Below, in pieces: positions 50,748-61,680 of a DNA stretch of 64,000 nucleotides. The stretch's first letter is position 1. Each line of letters begins with the position of its first letter. A program made the position numbers and the translations under genes. This DNA is from Anaplasmataceae bacterium (GTDB lineage Bacteria > Pseudomonadota > Alphaproteobacteria > Rickettsiales > Anaplasmataceae): the NCBI GenBank assembly GCA_965216745.1, contig OZ244191.1, positions 50,731 to 114,730 on the forward strand, read 5' to 3'. The notes under the pieces are model-generated. The model did not search any database. It had not been told where the DNA came from and was given only the letters and a program-made list of their open reading frames with translations.

Positions 50748-51089
50748 TTATATAAGACTATAATATATTTTTATTGCATTTTGTAAAGAGCATAATTAGT
50801 ATTATTTACAGCCACAGCCAAAAACAGAGCATTACAAAAACATAAGTAGCGCAATTATGACAAAATATTACAACAAAAAGCAAAAAGACCTGAATTTGAA
50901 CGACGCCACACTCACCATAGCATCATATACAAAAAACACATACATTGAATACCAGCCAATGAAAGCGAGAACGAGAAAACAAAAATAAATCACAAAAATC
51001 AAAATCTCATACCCATAATAAAAGCATAGAAAACACAAACAAAAACCTTCTAATGCACATCAACCAATTTAAAAGGAACGCAAAAAAAA

Positions 51090-51841
51090 ATGAAACAGGA
51101 AAGCAAGAAACAAAAAGAAACAAAAATATGGATATACGGAAAACACACATGCGGTGCAGCGATAGAAAACAAAAAAAAAACAATTCATGAAGCAATAATC
51201 ACTGAAAACATGCATTGCATGGTAAAAAACAAACTAGAATCGAAAAAAAAACCAAAATAGTGCCTCGAGAGCAAATGAATAAAATTGCTTTAAAAATATT
51301 CGGGAGCACAAACATAACCCATCAAGGAATAATACTTAACGTGGAACAAAGTAATCCATTGCAGCTAGAGCCAATAATATACAACAAAAAAAAATCCATA
51401 ATATTATGCTTGGACAGGATATCTGATATACACAACATAGGGTCAATAATTAGATCATCTGCTGCTTTTGCGATAGAAGCAATTGTAATCACTACACATA
51501 AAACAGCACAAATTAATTCGTTTGTGCACAAAATAGCTTCAGGAGCAATAGAAGAAGTAAACATAGTGCAAGTCGTCAACCTGGCACAAACCATAAAGAT
51601 ACTAAAAAAAAATGGATATTGGACTTATGGATTATCCGCAAAGGGATCCCAATCAATACATGAAACACAGTTTGCACATAAGTCCGCAATAATAATTGGA
51701 TCAGAAGATAAAGGAATAAGAAAACACAATGAAAGCAGCTGTGATTTCTTGATAAAGATACCAATAAAAATAGAAAGCCTCAATGCAGCTCAAGCAGCCA
51801 CAGTCGCTCTGTACGAAGCAAAAAAACAGCTTGGCAACTAA
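51090..51841 (+). pseudogene. rlmB: RlmB/TrmH (SpoU)-family rRNA 2'-O-methyltransferase gene interrupted by a frameshift in an A9 run (a pseudogene, or expressed by slippage)
   Basis: Positions 51090-51260 encode MKQESKKQKETKIWIYGKHTCGAAIENKKKTIHEAIITEN...KLESKKKPK*, the canonical RlmB N-terminus (compare E. coli MSEMIYGIHAV). The SpoU domain (HNIGSIIRSSAAF, IIIGSEDKGI, ESLNAAQAATVALYE) continues in another frame as ORF 51215-51841. The two frames meet at A9, 51243-51251. Confidence 0.75.
51243..51251 (+). other. A9 homopolymer at the rlmB frame junction (candidate transcriptional-slippage or -1 frameshift site)
   Basis: The sequence is tcg-aaaaaaaaa-cc. One extra A would fuse the two frames into a single ORF of about 250 aa reading ...KLESKKKTKIVPREQMNKIALK... 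Confidence 0.6.
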
Positions 51842-51972
51842 TTAAAAAAGATCGTAACAAATAAAAATAATTAACACTAGATAAAAAAATGTAATATATA
51901 TGCAAAATCAAACTTACTATGATAATATTTGTACGATAAAATGGATATCACGAATTAAATACAACAAATAAT

Positions 51973-53853
51973 ATGATTCTATCCAGATGGTTCTCTGCAA
52001 TCCCAATATCAATCCTATGCGGAATATCATTTTATTATCAATTCACACAAAACTTTTCACTAGAGCTTCTTGTATCTTTAGTAATAATATTAGCTGCCAT
52101 CAGCCAAAAAACTCAATCAATAGTATCATATATACTGACTTTTCTTGTATTGGGTTATTTAGCAGCACAATTCAATGAGCTCAAACCAAATTACAAACAA
52201 TTGGATCAAGATATATATGTAGAAGATGCAATATCAACAATAAAAAAAATAGAACACATGCATCAGTATACCAGAATCACGCTTGATAAGGTTAGAAAAT
52301 TCAAAAACGTCAGGATAGTAGTAAGAACCAAAACATACGAAAAAATGAGACCTGGAGACATAATAATGACATCAATGAAACTACACCCTCCCCCCGGTCC
52401 AGTGACAGAAAATGGCTATGACTTTGCAAGATTTGCTTATTTTCAAAACATCGAAGCAATAGGATTCGCAACCAAACCTATAAAGCTGCAAATAAGAGGA
52501 AGAAAAAATACATTTAGGGAGAACATAATGCATTTGAGGCATAGAATCGACGAAACATTCAAACAAAACATGTCATATCCCGCAAGCAGCATAGCATCAG
52601 CTCTAATGGTGGGAAAAAGAGAGGGAATAGATAAAAATACAATGGAAAACATAAGAAAAGCAGGACTGGCACATTTACTTGCAATATCAGGATTGCATAT
52701 ATCATTGGTGGCTTCACTATTTTTCATTTCTACAAACTATATTGTATTAAGATACACAAAATTATCAATAAAATACGAAACTAATAAAATCGCAGCAATA
52801 ATAAGCATAATCGGCAGTGGTGTATATTTGCTTCTAACTCAATACCCAGTGTCCGCTCAAAGAGCATTCATCATGTCGACAATAATTTTTATAGGAATAT
52901 TAATGAACAGACAAACCAATTCCATAAGATCAATTTCAATAGCAGCAATAACAATAATGTTACTAAAGCCAGAATCCACAACTCAACCAAGTTTTCAAAT
53001 GTCTTTTATGGCAGTAATAGCGCTTTGCAGCTTCTATGAAAAACTTTCAATGAAATCATTGTCAGCAAGGTATTTAATTGCAATATTTACTAGTTCGCTT
53101 TTAGCAAGCCTAGCAACTTTGCCATATACACTATATCATTTTAATTATTTTTCTTTAGGAGGGCTAATCTCGAACTTCATAGCAATACCTCTAACCACAT
53201 TCATAATAATACCATGCGGAATAATTGCTTTACTAGCTCCAATATCGCAACCTATTTTATTTAAAGCAATGGAACATGCAATCAACATATTAATAGAATC
53301 AGCACAATACGTAGCTAATCTTCCACATTCAATTGTCTACTATCATTCTTTTTCAGGACTATCACTATTTTTTATATCAATAGGAATGTTGATATTATGC
53401 TTGACAAGCAATAAGTATAAAGCCACCAGCTTACCTGTTTTGATAATTGGCATAATATTGGCTGCAAATTATAAAATTCCAGATGTTTTTATGCATAAAC
53501 AATGTGCTGCAATTCGATCCTCAGATGGATTGATATATTTTCTAAGCAACAAACAAAGAAAAAATTTCATCACAAACTCATGGATGTTGCAAAACGGACA
53601 AAAAGATTTGCTTTTAATAAAAAATTATTACAGAGAAGATATCAAACATGAAGAAAATCAAACAACATTTTACAAGGAAGGCAACGAATTTCAAATAGAT
53701 GGTAGTAAACTTTATTTTAAAGGAGAAGAAATACTGGACATTGAGAACTTTACGCAACCTTGTTTTTTATACGTATACAGAAATGTGGCAAAAATCAAAG
53801 GATGCACAACTAAAAACTTGAACCTTATTTCGAAAAAAGAGAATACTGACTAA
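51973..53853 (+). CDS. comEC: ComEC/Rec2-family DNA internalisation channel protein
   Basis: Polytopic membrane protein with the family signature KAGLAHLLAISGLHISLV. 626 aa. Confidence 0.8.
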   Translation: MILSRWFSAIPISILCGISFYYQFTQNFSLELLVSLVIILAAISQKTQSIVSYILTFLVLGYLAAQFNELKPNYKQLDQDIYVEDAISTIKKIEHMHQYTRITLDKVRKFKNVRIVVRTKTYEKMRPGDIIMTSMKLHPPPGPVTENGYDFARFAYFQNIEAIGFATKPIKLQIRGRKNTFRENIMHLRHRIDETFKQNMSYPASSIASALMVGKREGIDKNTMENIRKAGLAHLLAISGLHISLVASLFFISTNYIVLRYTKLSIKYETNKIAAIISIIGSGVYLLLTQYPVSAQRAFIMSTIIFIGILMNRQTNSIRSISIAAITIMLLKPESTTQPSFQMSFMAVIALCSFYEKLSMKSLSARYLIAIFTSSLLASLATLPYTLYHFNYFSLGGLISNFIAIPLTTFIIIPCGIIALLAPISQPILFKAMEHAINILIESAQYVANLPHSIVYYHSFSGLSLFFISIGMLILCLTSNKYKATSLPVLIIGIILAANYKIPDVFMHKQCAAIRSSDGLIYFLSNKQRKNFITNSWMLQNGQKDLLLIKNYYREDIKHEENQTTFYKEGNEFQIDGSKLYFKGEEILDIENFTQPCFLYVYRNVAKIKGCTTKNLNLISKKENTD

Positions 53854-53917
53854 AATCAAAGCTTTAATTTTCAAGATCGAACTTGACAACACATGCAATA
53901 AAAAATCAAATGTTGAT

Positions 53918-54745
53918 ATGTCATTAGATACCATAACGCAAAAGTTAATAAACTACCACGCAAAGCAGCTAGAACATATAGAAGAAAATTATAAAAAATC
54001 CGGAGCATGGTTAATATATGGAATCAAAGGAATTGGGAAGCTTGCAACCTTAAAGTATTTTGCTACAAAAACAGTGGACCCTCGAGATGCATTGGTGATA
54101 GAAAACAACAATATTAAAATAAAAAACATACGAAATTTGATTGAATTTGCAATTTCTACGCCTCTTCATTCTAAAAATAAAATCATTATATTAGACGTCT
54201 CTCTCGGGATCACCGAAGAAGCTTCAAACGCACTATTGAAGATTCTCGAAGAGCCTCCAGTGACGACGTTTATTTTTATTGTATCAGATTACATACACAA
54301 AATTTTGCCAACAATAATATCAAGATGTCATGTTATATATTTCAAACCAATAAAAATGAAAGATAGTGGCTTGACTACTCTTGCTATGGGCTCATATGGG
54401 AAATTCAAAGAAATGAAGGAATCAAAATCTATTGAGATATATAAATCTTACATAAAAATGCTACAAAAAAAGTTATCAAGTGAAAAAAATAAAATTGAAT
54501 ATCAGTGGTCTTACTATCTTATTCAAGTTGCTATATGCAGAATCATGCAATATAAATCAGGAGTCATACTACAAGAAATATACAAAGGAGAAGAGATGGA
54601 AATAAGTAAAATCTCAGGGAACGTAAATTATTGGCACAAAAAATGGATTTCTATAATGGAGCTAATCAACATACCGAACATTGATCTTCAAGTTGTGTCA
54701 AGCATTATATTTACAGATGATTTAGAAAATATAAGCATCAAATAA
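53918..54745 (+). CDS. holB: DNA polymerase III delta' subunit
   Basis: Segments AWLIYGIKGIGKLATLKYFA, ASNALLKILEEPP and PTIISRC. Confidence 0.75.
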   Translation: MSLDTITQKLINYHAKQLEHIEENYKKSGAWLIYGIKGIGKLATLKYFATKTVDPRDALVIENNNIKIKNIRNLIEFAISTPLHSKNKIIILDVSLGITEEASNALLKILEEPPVTTFIFIVSDYIHKILPTIISRCHVIYFKPIKMKDSGLTTLAMGSYGKFKEMKESKSIEIYKSYIKMLQKKLSSEKNKIEYQWSYYLIQVAICRIMQYKSGVILQEIYKGEEMEISKISGNVNYWHKKWISIMELINIPNIDLQVVSSIIFTDDLENISIK

Positions 54746-54897
54746 AAATGTATAAACCCTAATTTTAGAAAGAAAAAATCACACTCGAGCGATGTCATAC
54801 AATGAAATCAAATGCGAGAAAAAACAAAATCTCTCTATTTATTGTATATAAACGCATATGAAGGTAAACTGTAAAAAAATATTTATACATCAACGCC

Positions 54898-56691
54898 ATG
54901 AAAAACATTAGAAACTTTTCCATAATAGCACATATAGACCATGGGAAATCCACATTATCTGACAGGTTGATGCAAGAATGCAAAGCTGTAGAGGAACGCA
55001 ATCTTTCCGAACAAATGTTAGATTCAATGTATACTGAACGCAAAAGAGGAATTACAATAAAAGCGAAATCAGTTAAATTGGAGCTCGAGCATACTGATGG
55101 AGAAACATATCACTTGAATTTCATAGACACGCCTGGGCATGTTGATTTTTCATATGAAGTTAGCAGAAGCCTTGCAGCATGTGAGGGGTCAATATTGGTA
55201 GTAGATTCAACTCAAGGAGTAGAAGCTCAAACATTGGCAAATGCATACAAAGCCATAGAAGTTAATCACGAAATATTGTTAGTTATAAATAAAGTAGACC
55301 TTCCAGCAGCAAATGTTGAAAAAGTAAAAGAGCAAATACAAGATGTAATAGGATTAGATGCAACAGATGCAATTGAAGTATCTGCAAAAACAGGATTAGG
55401 GGTGAAAGAAACGCTTGCATCACTTGTGGATAAGTTGCCTCCTCCTCAAGGCAACCCAAAAGACCCTCTTAAAGCTCTGCTTGTAGACAGTTGGTACGAT
55501 CAATTCCTCGGAGTTGTGATTTTGGTGAGAGTAGTGGATGGTGCAATAACAAAAAATCTGAAAATAAAAATAATGTCTACAAACAAAGTTTATCAGATAG
55601 AAAAAATAGGAATATTCAAACCAAAAAAAGAATATATAGACTCTTTAAAATGCGGAGAAATTGGATTTATTACTGCATCAATGAAATCCACAAGCGAATG
55701 CAAAGTGGGAGACACAATAACCGAAGAAGAAAATCCATGCAAAAGCCCATTGCCAGGATTCAAGAAAATCCAAAACGTTGTTTTTTGTAGCATATTCTCC
55801 GTTGACTCTGATGGCTTCGAAGATTTAAAAGATGCAATGAATAAGCTACATTTAAATGACCCCAGCTTTTCGTTTGAAACTGAATCATCTAATGCTTTGG
55901 GTTTTGGTTTTAGGTGTGGTTTCTTGGGTTTGTTACATCTAGAAATAATTCAAGAACGAATCACTAAAGAATTTGATTTAGAGATAATCACCACTGCTCC
56001 TAGCGTTTTATATAAAATACACATGAAAGACGGGAATTCTATTAATCTGCATAATCCAGCCGACATGCCTGATCCATCGAAAATAGAATATATGGAAGAA
56101 CCATGGGTGAAAGCAACAATAATGCTGCCACAAGATTATGTAGGACCAATAATAACTTTATGTAATTCAAAGCGAGGGGAACAATCCAACATAGACTATT
56201 CGCCAGGAAAATCGATCTTAACATATAGAATTCCACTTTCTGAAATAGTGTTTGATTTTTATGACAAGTTGAAATCAATTTCAAAGGGATACGCAAGTTT
56301 TGATTGGGAAATGGATGGGTATCAGGACAGCAATCTTGTAAAATTAAGCATAATGATCAACGGAGAATCCGCTGAAGCACTTTCCTCTGTAACTCACAAG
56401 GATAAAGCTTACAGCAGAGGTAGAGATCTTTGCGAGAGACTGAAAGAATTAATACCCAGACAACAATATAAAATAGCTATACAAGCTTCAATTGGAGCGA
56501 AAATAATCGCAAGAGAAACAATAAGCGCTTACAGAAAAGATGTAACAGCAAAATTGTACGGAGGAGATGTGACTCGTAGAATGAAGCTACTCGAAAAGCA
56601 AAAAAAAGGTAAAAAAAGAATGCAATCCATCGGTCAAGTTAATATACCTTCTAGTGTATTCATAGATGCTCTAAAAATAAAAGACAAATAA
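54898..56691 (+). CDS. lepA: Translation elongation factor 4 (LepA)
   Basis: Motifs [25 protein letters not shown] and NKVD, plus the LepA-specific C-terminus [24 protein letters not shown]. Confidence 0.97.
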   Translation: MKNIRNFSIIAHIDHGKSTLSDRLMQECKAVEERNLSEQMLDSMYTERKRGITIKAKSVKLELEHTDGETYHLNFIDTPGHVDFSYEVSRSLAACEGSILVVDSTQGVEAQTLANAYKAIEVNHEILLVINKVDLPAANVEKVKEQIQDVIGLDATDAIEVSAKTGLGVKETLASLVDKLPPPQGNPKDPLKALLVDSWYDQFLGVVILVRVVDGAITKNLKIKIMSTNKVYQIEKIGIFKPKKEYIDSLKCGEIGFITASMKSTSECKVGDTITEEENPCKSPLPGFKKIQNVVFCSIFSVDSDGFEDLKDAMNKLHLNDPSFSFETESSNALGFGFRCGFLGLLHLEIIQERITKEFDLEIITTAPSVLYKIHMKDGNSINLHNPADMPDPSKIEYMEEPWVKATIMLPQDYVGPIITLCNSKRGEQSNIDYSPGKSILTYRIPLSEIVFDFYDKLKSISKGYASFDWEMDGYQDSNLVKLSIMINGESAEALSSVTHKDKAYSRGRDLCERLKELIPRQQYKIAIQASIGAKIIARETISAYRKDVTAKLYGGDVTRRMKLLEKQKKGKKRMQSIGQVNIPSSVFIDALKIKDK

Positions 56692-57087
56692 TGCGAAAAC
56701 AATCAAGAGATGTGATTATCTTAGATAAAATACATTACAATGCATTAATGGGCTTAAAAATAAATTCTTCGAACTTCATTTGCAAGTTTTTGATTGTTCT
56801 TATTTTAGTTTTTGTTTCTTTATCTAGTAAATAAAAAAAGATTTTTGAAGATAATATGGCCCTGTCTCAAAACTTAAATTTATTAAGACAATTTAATATG
56901 TTCTTGAAAATGTTAAAGTTAGATTTTGAGCTAAGCGTTGTTTTAACTTCTTGAAACCACAATCAATTTTAAGAATATTGTCTCATTTAAAATGTAATGT
57001 TACATAATACATTTTTGCATAAATACTAAAAACGGCATTGACTGTGTTTAATATCAAGTTAGCACACATGTGGGAAAAGAATTTATT

Positions 57088-57576
57088 TCATTCCTTTGAA
57101 AATAAATCGCCAGCCCTTTCTTTGAATTTATTAAGTATCTTTATGCTTTGAGCATTGATTTTTTTCTCTAACAAATGAGAGAAAATTCTTGAAGATAATA
57201 CAGTTTTACTACAAAACTCAATTTTAGTGCAATAGTCATCCACATACTCCAAAGACCATTCATTATACATTTCTTTGAAAATGCTAGAGCTTGAGGTGAT
57301 TGTTACTTTAGCCTCTTTCGAAACGCCATTCACTTCAAGAAGTCTATGGTTTATATTTGAAATATAAGTAGTGAATAAAGGGCCAAATCCTATCCTGACT
57401 TTTGCTTCTATTGTTCCAATACTATAACTATCTTGAGACTTCTGATTATGTGAGTTTATTATTAAGACTTCTTTAAACCAACTTAAAAAATGTGGATAAG
57501 ACTTAATATCCAAGATTAATTCATATAAATCCAGCAATTTGAAAGGCAATGATTCACAAATCGATACGTTTCCCAT
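57088..57576 (-). CDS. SRPBCC/START-fold protein (RatA / COQ10-like)
   Basis: Segment [17 protein letters not shown] matches the pattern lV.Dve.YpeFlPwc. Size is about 160 aa. Start placed at ATG 57576, overlapping the lipA end by 23 nt. Confidence 0.6.
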   Translation of the reverse strand: MGNVSICESLPFKLLDLYELILDIKSYPHFLSWFKEVLIINSHNQKSQDSYSIGTIEAKVRIGFGPLFTTYISNINHRLLEVNGVSKEAKVTITSSSSIFKEMYNEWSLEYVDDYCTKIEFCSKTVLSSRIFSHLLEKKINAQSIKILNKFKERAGDLFSKE

Positions 57577-58438
57577 TAGAAGCAGCCTTAAGTTTGAGAA
57601 AATCTTCATCTGCATGATAAGAAGAGCGAGTTAAAGCACTGGATGAAACCATGCTGAAGCCCTTATTGTAAGCAGCATTTTTGTAAAAATCAAATTCATC
57701 CTGAGTGACATATTTTTCAACCTTGGCGTGACGAGATGTTGGCTGCAAGTATTGACCAATTGTGATAAAGTCAACTTTAGCTGAGCGTAAATCATCCATA
57801 ACCTGTAAAACTTCTTCCTTAGTTTCACCCAACCCCAACATCAAACCAGATTTAGTAAAAATACTAGAAGAAAAATCTTTTGCAGATCTAAGTAAATATA
57901 ATGAATGAAAGTATCTAGCTTTTGGGCGTATATGCGCGTAAAGCCTTGGTACGGTTTCTACATTGTGATTAAAAACATCAGGAAACGCATTTAGGACATC
58001 AAAGTAAGAATCTCCTTTGCCTCGAAAATCCGGAGTCAGTACCTCTATTGTCACATCAGATACCAGACGAATCTTTGTTATACACTCAGCAAAATGCTTT
58101 GCTCCACCGTCGTCAAGATCGTCACGGTCAACAGAAGTAATCACTATATGTTTGAGAGATAGCTTAGAAACAGCTTTTGCCAAATTATCGGGTTCATGAG
58201 GATCTAGCTGCAATGGTTTTCCGGTAGTCACATTACAGAACCTACACGCTCTTGTACATATAGACCCTAATATCATTACAGATGCGTGACCTTTGTTCCA
58301 ACACTCTCCTATGTTTGGGCAAGCAGCTTCTTCGCATACTGTGTTCAAGCCATGAGTCCTAACAAGAGAACGCATTGAATCATAACCATAACCACCGGGA
58401 GCGCGAACTTTTGGTTTGATTCTTATTGTTTCGGTCAT
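57554..58438 (-). CDS. lipA: Lipoyl synthase
   Basis: Segments [13 protein letters not shown] and radical-SAM motif [10 protein letters not shown]. Confidence 0.95.
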   Translation of the reverse strand: MTETIRIKPKVRAPGGYGYDSMRSLVRTHGLNTVCEEAACPNIGECWNKGHASVMILGSICTRACRFCNVTTGKPLQLDPHEPDNLAKAVSKLSLKHIVITSVDRDDLDDGGAKHFAECITKIRLVSDVTIEVLTPDFRGKGDSYFDVLNAFPDVFNHNVETVPRLYAHIRPKARYFHSLYLLRSAKDFSSSIFTKSGLMLGLGETKEEVLQVMDDLRSAKVDFITIGQYLQPTSRHAKVEKYVTQDEFDFYKNAAYNKGFSMVSSSALTRSSYHADEDFLKLKAASNGKRIDL

Positions 58439-58447
58439 AAAAAAGAT

Positions 58448-58723
58448 CTATAAAGATTTCTTAATAATTTGTTTTCTCAACGAAACGGCTTTAGGAGCAA
58501 GCTCACGACTTTTCATGCTCATCAAGAATTCATCAATTCCACCCTTAGTAGTTATTGTTCTCAATGCAGAAGTACAAACTTTTAACTTAATTGTCAAACC
58601 AAGAATTTTGCTAACAAAAGAATGTTTGTTTATATTAGGCTTATACTCACGCTTCGTCTTACGGTTTGAATGTGAAACTCGATTCCCAGACATTCTTTTT
58701 TTACCAATAACTTCACAAATCAT
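58448..58723 (-). CDS. rpmB: 50S ribosomal protein L28
   Basis: Segment MICEVIGKKRMSGNRVSHSNRKTKREYKPN matches the L28 N-terminus. Start moved to ATG 58723; the ORF-track start at 58777 adds 18 non-homologous residues. Confidence 0.85.
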   Translation of the reverse strand: MICEVIGKKRMSGNRVSHSNRKTKREYKPNINKHSFVSKILGLTIKLKVCTSALRTITTKGGIDEFLMSMKSRELAPKAVSLRKQIIKKSL

Positions 58724-58798
58724 AAAAAACCAAGCAAAAATATTCTTATATCTAACCCACAAAACAATAAATGTCAACCCCTCAATAGCGCAAAAAGG

Positions 58799-59878
58799 TC
58801 AGACAACCCATCCGCCACCCAACACTCTGTTGCCTTGATATAACACACAGGCTTGGCCAGGAGAGACGATTCTATGGGGTTCGTCAAAAACAACGGTCAA
58901 ATTATCATCACCATCTTTAATGAAACTAGCTCCAACTGGACATTCAGAAGATCTAGTTCTAACCATAGCATTTGCAGGAAAATGGTCGCAAATCCAATTA
59001 ATCGCACCAACACGCAACTTATCTATCATTACCTGTGATTTGCTTCCAACAGTTATAGTATTGTCGAGGCTATTAATCGAAGCCACGTACATTGGCTCTG
59101 GCGAACTAACGTCTATACCTTTCCTTTGCCCTAGAGTATATCCAGCTATTCCGTTATGAGAACCTATGACTTCACCTTCCATGTTTAATATGCGCCCCTT
59201 AGTTTGTTTTGAATATTTAGAAACAATATCTGTATAAGATTTAGAATTAACAAAACAAATGTCCTGACTTTCGGGTTTGTCAGCAATTTCAAGATTTAAT
59301 TTCCTAGCCATCTCCCTAGTTTCAGATTTGGTTAACCCACCCAAAGGAAAGCGCAAGAAATCAAGCTGAGAGTTGGTTGTAGTAAATAAAAAATAACTCT
59401 GATCCTTAGATAAATCCACAGCCCTATGCATTTGGGGCTCTCCATTAATTTCAACTCTTTGAACATAATGCCCAGTCGCAAGGGCGTCTGCCCCTATATC
59501 ATAAGCAGCCTTCAAGAGATCACGAAACTTTACAGTCTGGTTGCACAGAACGCAAGGGATTGGAGTTTTCCCCTCAGCATAAGAAGATGCAAATTTTGAT
59601 ATTACATCTCTTTCAAACACATCTTGATAATTAAATACATAGTGAGGAAAACCAAATTGTTCTGCAATTCTTTTTGCATCATAAATATCTCTTCCAGCAC
59701 AACAGGTTTTTGATTTCGAGACATTAGAAGCATCATATAACTGCAAAGTAATACCAATAACTCTATATCCCATCTGAGACAAGCATGAAGCCACAACAGA
59801 ACTATCTATACCTCCCGACATCGCAACCACAACAGTAGTGTCGCTTGGTTTTTTGTTTGAGAAAATTTCGGTTAACAA
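58799..59878 (-). CDS. mnmA: tRNA-specific 2-thiouridylase MnmA
   Basis: PP-loop VVAMSGGIDSSV, plus CVLCN and ATGHY. The start codon is TTG and is uncertain. Confidence 0.9.
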   Translation of the reverse strand: MLTEIFSNKKPSDTTVVVAMSGGIDSSVVASCLSQMGYRVIGITLQLYDASNVSKSKTCCAGRDIYDAKRIAEQFGFPHYVFNYQDVFERDVISKFASSYAEGKTPIPCVLCNQTVKFRDLLKAAYDIGADALATGHYVQRVEINGEPQMHRAVDLSKDQSYFLFTTTNSQLDFLRFPLGGLTKSETREMARKLNLEIADKPESQDICFVNSKSYTDIVSKYSKQTKGRILNMEGEVIGSHNGIAGYTLGQRKGIDVSSPEPMYVASINSLDNTITVGSKSQVMIDKLRVGAINWICDHFPANAMVRTRSSECPVGASFIKDGDDNLTVVFDEPHRIVSPGQACVLYQGNRVLGGGWVV

Positions 59879-59971
59879 ATATACCTCTTAGAGATCTATG
59901 CAGAACTTAGATATTATTATAAATAATAATATAAATCTATAAAAATCAAAAACAGAAACTAAATATAACAA

Positions 59972-61606
59972 TCAGTAAAACTTGACCCTATACAAGGACT
60001 CGAGATATGACTTAAAATCAGAAAAAAACGATTCATAAATAGATTGCCTAATACCAAAACCCAAATCATTGGCTGCAAGTTCATTGAATTCAGGATCGAT
60101 TCTATCACGCACAATCAAAAAAAGGTCGTTAATTGGGCCAACGAGCTTGTTTGTTGGAGCAGAGAAAATTGCTCTAATTACGCTTTCATCGAAAACCCCA
60201 ACATCACTGCGCTTAAGAGTTGCAGTTTTATGATCAATTTCATCCCAATCAGCGTTAAGAAGCTCTTGTTCTTTGGATTTAATCATAAGCTCAACATATC
60301 TATCCCGCCAGACTTGTTCCAGAGAATATATAGCCTCAGAAAAAGTCATTTTTAGAGGCTCAACCACGGAGCTAACATTTGCATAAAAATAACAACCATT
60401 TATCAGCACAAAATCATCTGGGTTGAATATAGCAATAGCAATATCAGAATCAGAATCTTTGTACACAATGCCAGGATCTTTAACTTCTAAATTATATTTA
60501 GTTGCAATGTCCGAAACATCTGACCCAACAGCAAAATCTCTTGCTATGTCATCCATCATGCCAGACATTATCAGGTTTCTTTGCATCTGTTCAAAATCAT
60601 TTTTCAAGGAATCGTATTGCTCTATACTCAACTGATCGTAACTCTTGTCCTGTACCTCAAAAACATAAAAAGCATCATTAGAATACTTATGCAAAAACCT
60701 CTCTCCTTTCGATAACCCTAAAATAGTATCAAAAAAAATCTTATCCACGCTGTAATATCCAACTTCATTCATTTTAGAACCAAGATCACACATATTGTCA
60801 ATGCAATTTTGGGCAGAATCGAAATCATTAAAAACCTGATAAGCAAGATCTAGCTTTATAGATAGTTTTTCTGACTTAACTTTCAAATCATCAATATAGG
60901 ATTTTGGATCCACATAGATGTTACTTGGACATATTTTAATGTATTGGCCATATCTTGCTTCTGGAAAAAAGAAATCTCCATTATCATATATAGCTTGTAG
61001 ATCTTCATTTGTGGGATCAGGGAAATCTATAACATCATCTTTAGAGAATTCTATATAATCAACAACTCTCTTATGATACTTGTTATCAAACAATAATTTA
61101 TTTAAGTGGCTATGTGGAAAATCTATAGATTTTGTAAACAAGCTATGTATACTTTCCGATAATATTGTATGATTAATCTCTGAAATGTAATCTTGCTCAG
61201 TTAAACCAGAATTACTCAATGATAATTGATATTGATCATAATCAAATTTTCCGTCAGATTGAAATTCGTCTAATCCACGTATAACTTGCGAAATTAAATC
61301 ATTATTTGATTCAAGTTTCATGTCACGAAACAAATTTTGCATAAGACGCTTATAGATAAGTTTATCTAATACAATTTTTTTCAGAGCATCACTGTGATTA
61401 TCAGTATCAATTGAAATACCTAAAACATTAGCAATATAATAAAATTCAAGCTCATACTCTTTCTGAAATTCTTTTTTTGATATATCTATGCTTCCCACTC
61501 TAGCAACAAGATCTTTTTTTGGGAAAATAATAGATTCTACGAAAGGAAACAAAAAAGAAATTATTATTATAAAAATAATAAACCTAGTCCAAAAACTCTT
61601 ATACAT
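59972..61606 (-). CDS. Periplasmic chaperone, PpiD/SurA-N-domain-like (no clear parvulin signature seen)
   Basis: N-terminal membrane anchor FIIFIIIISFLF followed by VARVGSIDISKKEFQKEY, as in PpiD. Size 544 aa. Confidence 0.55.
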   Translation of the reverse strand: MYKSFWTRFIIFIIIISFLFPFVESIIFPKKDLVARVGSIDISKKEFQKEYELEFYYIANVLGISIDTDNHSDALKKIVLDKLIYKRLMQNLFRDMKLESNNDLISQVIRGLDEFQSDGKFDYDQYQLSLSNSGLTEQDYISEINHTILSESIHSLFTKSIDFPHSHLNKLLFDNKYHKRVVDYIEFSKDDVIDFPDPTNEDLQAIYDNGDFFFPEARYGQYIKICPSNIYVDPKSYIDDLKVKSEKLSIKLDLAYQVFNDFDSAQNCIDNMCDLGSKMNEVGYYSVDKIFFDTILGLSKGERFLHKYSNDAFYVFEVQDKSYDQLSIEQYDSLKNDFEQMQRNLIMSGMMDDIARDFAVGSDVSDIATKYNLEVKDPGIVYKDSDSDIAIAIFNPDDFVLINGCYFYANVSSVVEPLKMTFSEAIYSLEQVWRDRYVELMIKSKEQELLNADWDEIDHKTATLKRSDVGVFDESVIRAIFSAPTNKLVGPINDLFLIVRDRIDPEFNELAANDLGFGIRQSIYESFFSDFKSYLESLYRVKFY

Positions 61607-61680
61607 AAAAATCCTCAGAGATTCACAAATGTAAAATATATTACAACAGAATTAAAAATGATAGCCTCAAAGGTAGTGAA

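Noticed and set aside
51007-51195. 62-codon minus-strand ORF upstream of the methyltransferase ORF
   Set aside because: It overlaps the plus-strand segment that encodes the recognisable RlmB N-terminus, and it is Phe/Leu-rich from complementing poly-A.
57491-57499. Perfect DnaA-box consensus TGTGGATAA (TTATCCACA on the minus strand)
   Set aside because: It is a single occurrence inside the RatA-like coding region, with no cluster, AT-rich unwinding element or dnaA/hemE context. It is most likely chance.
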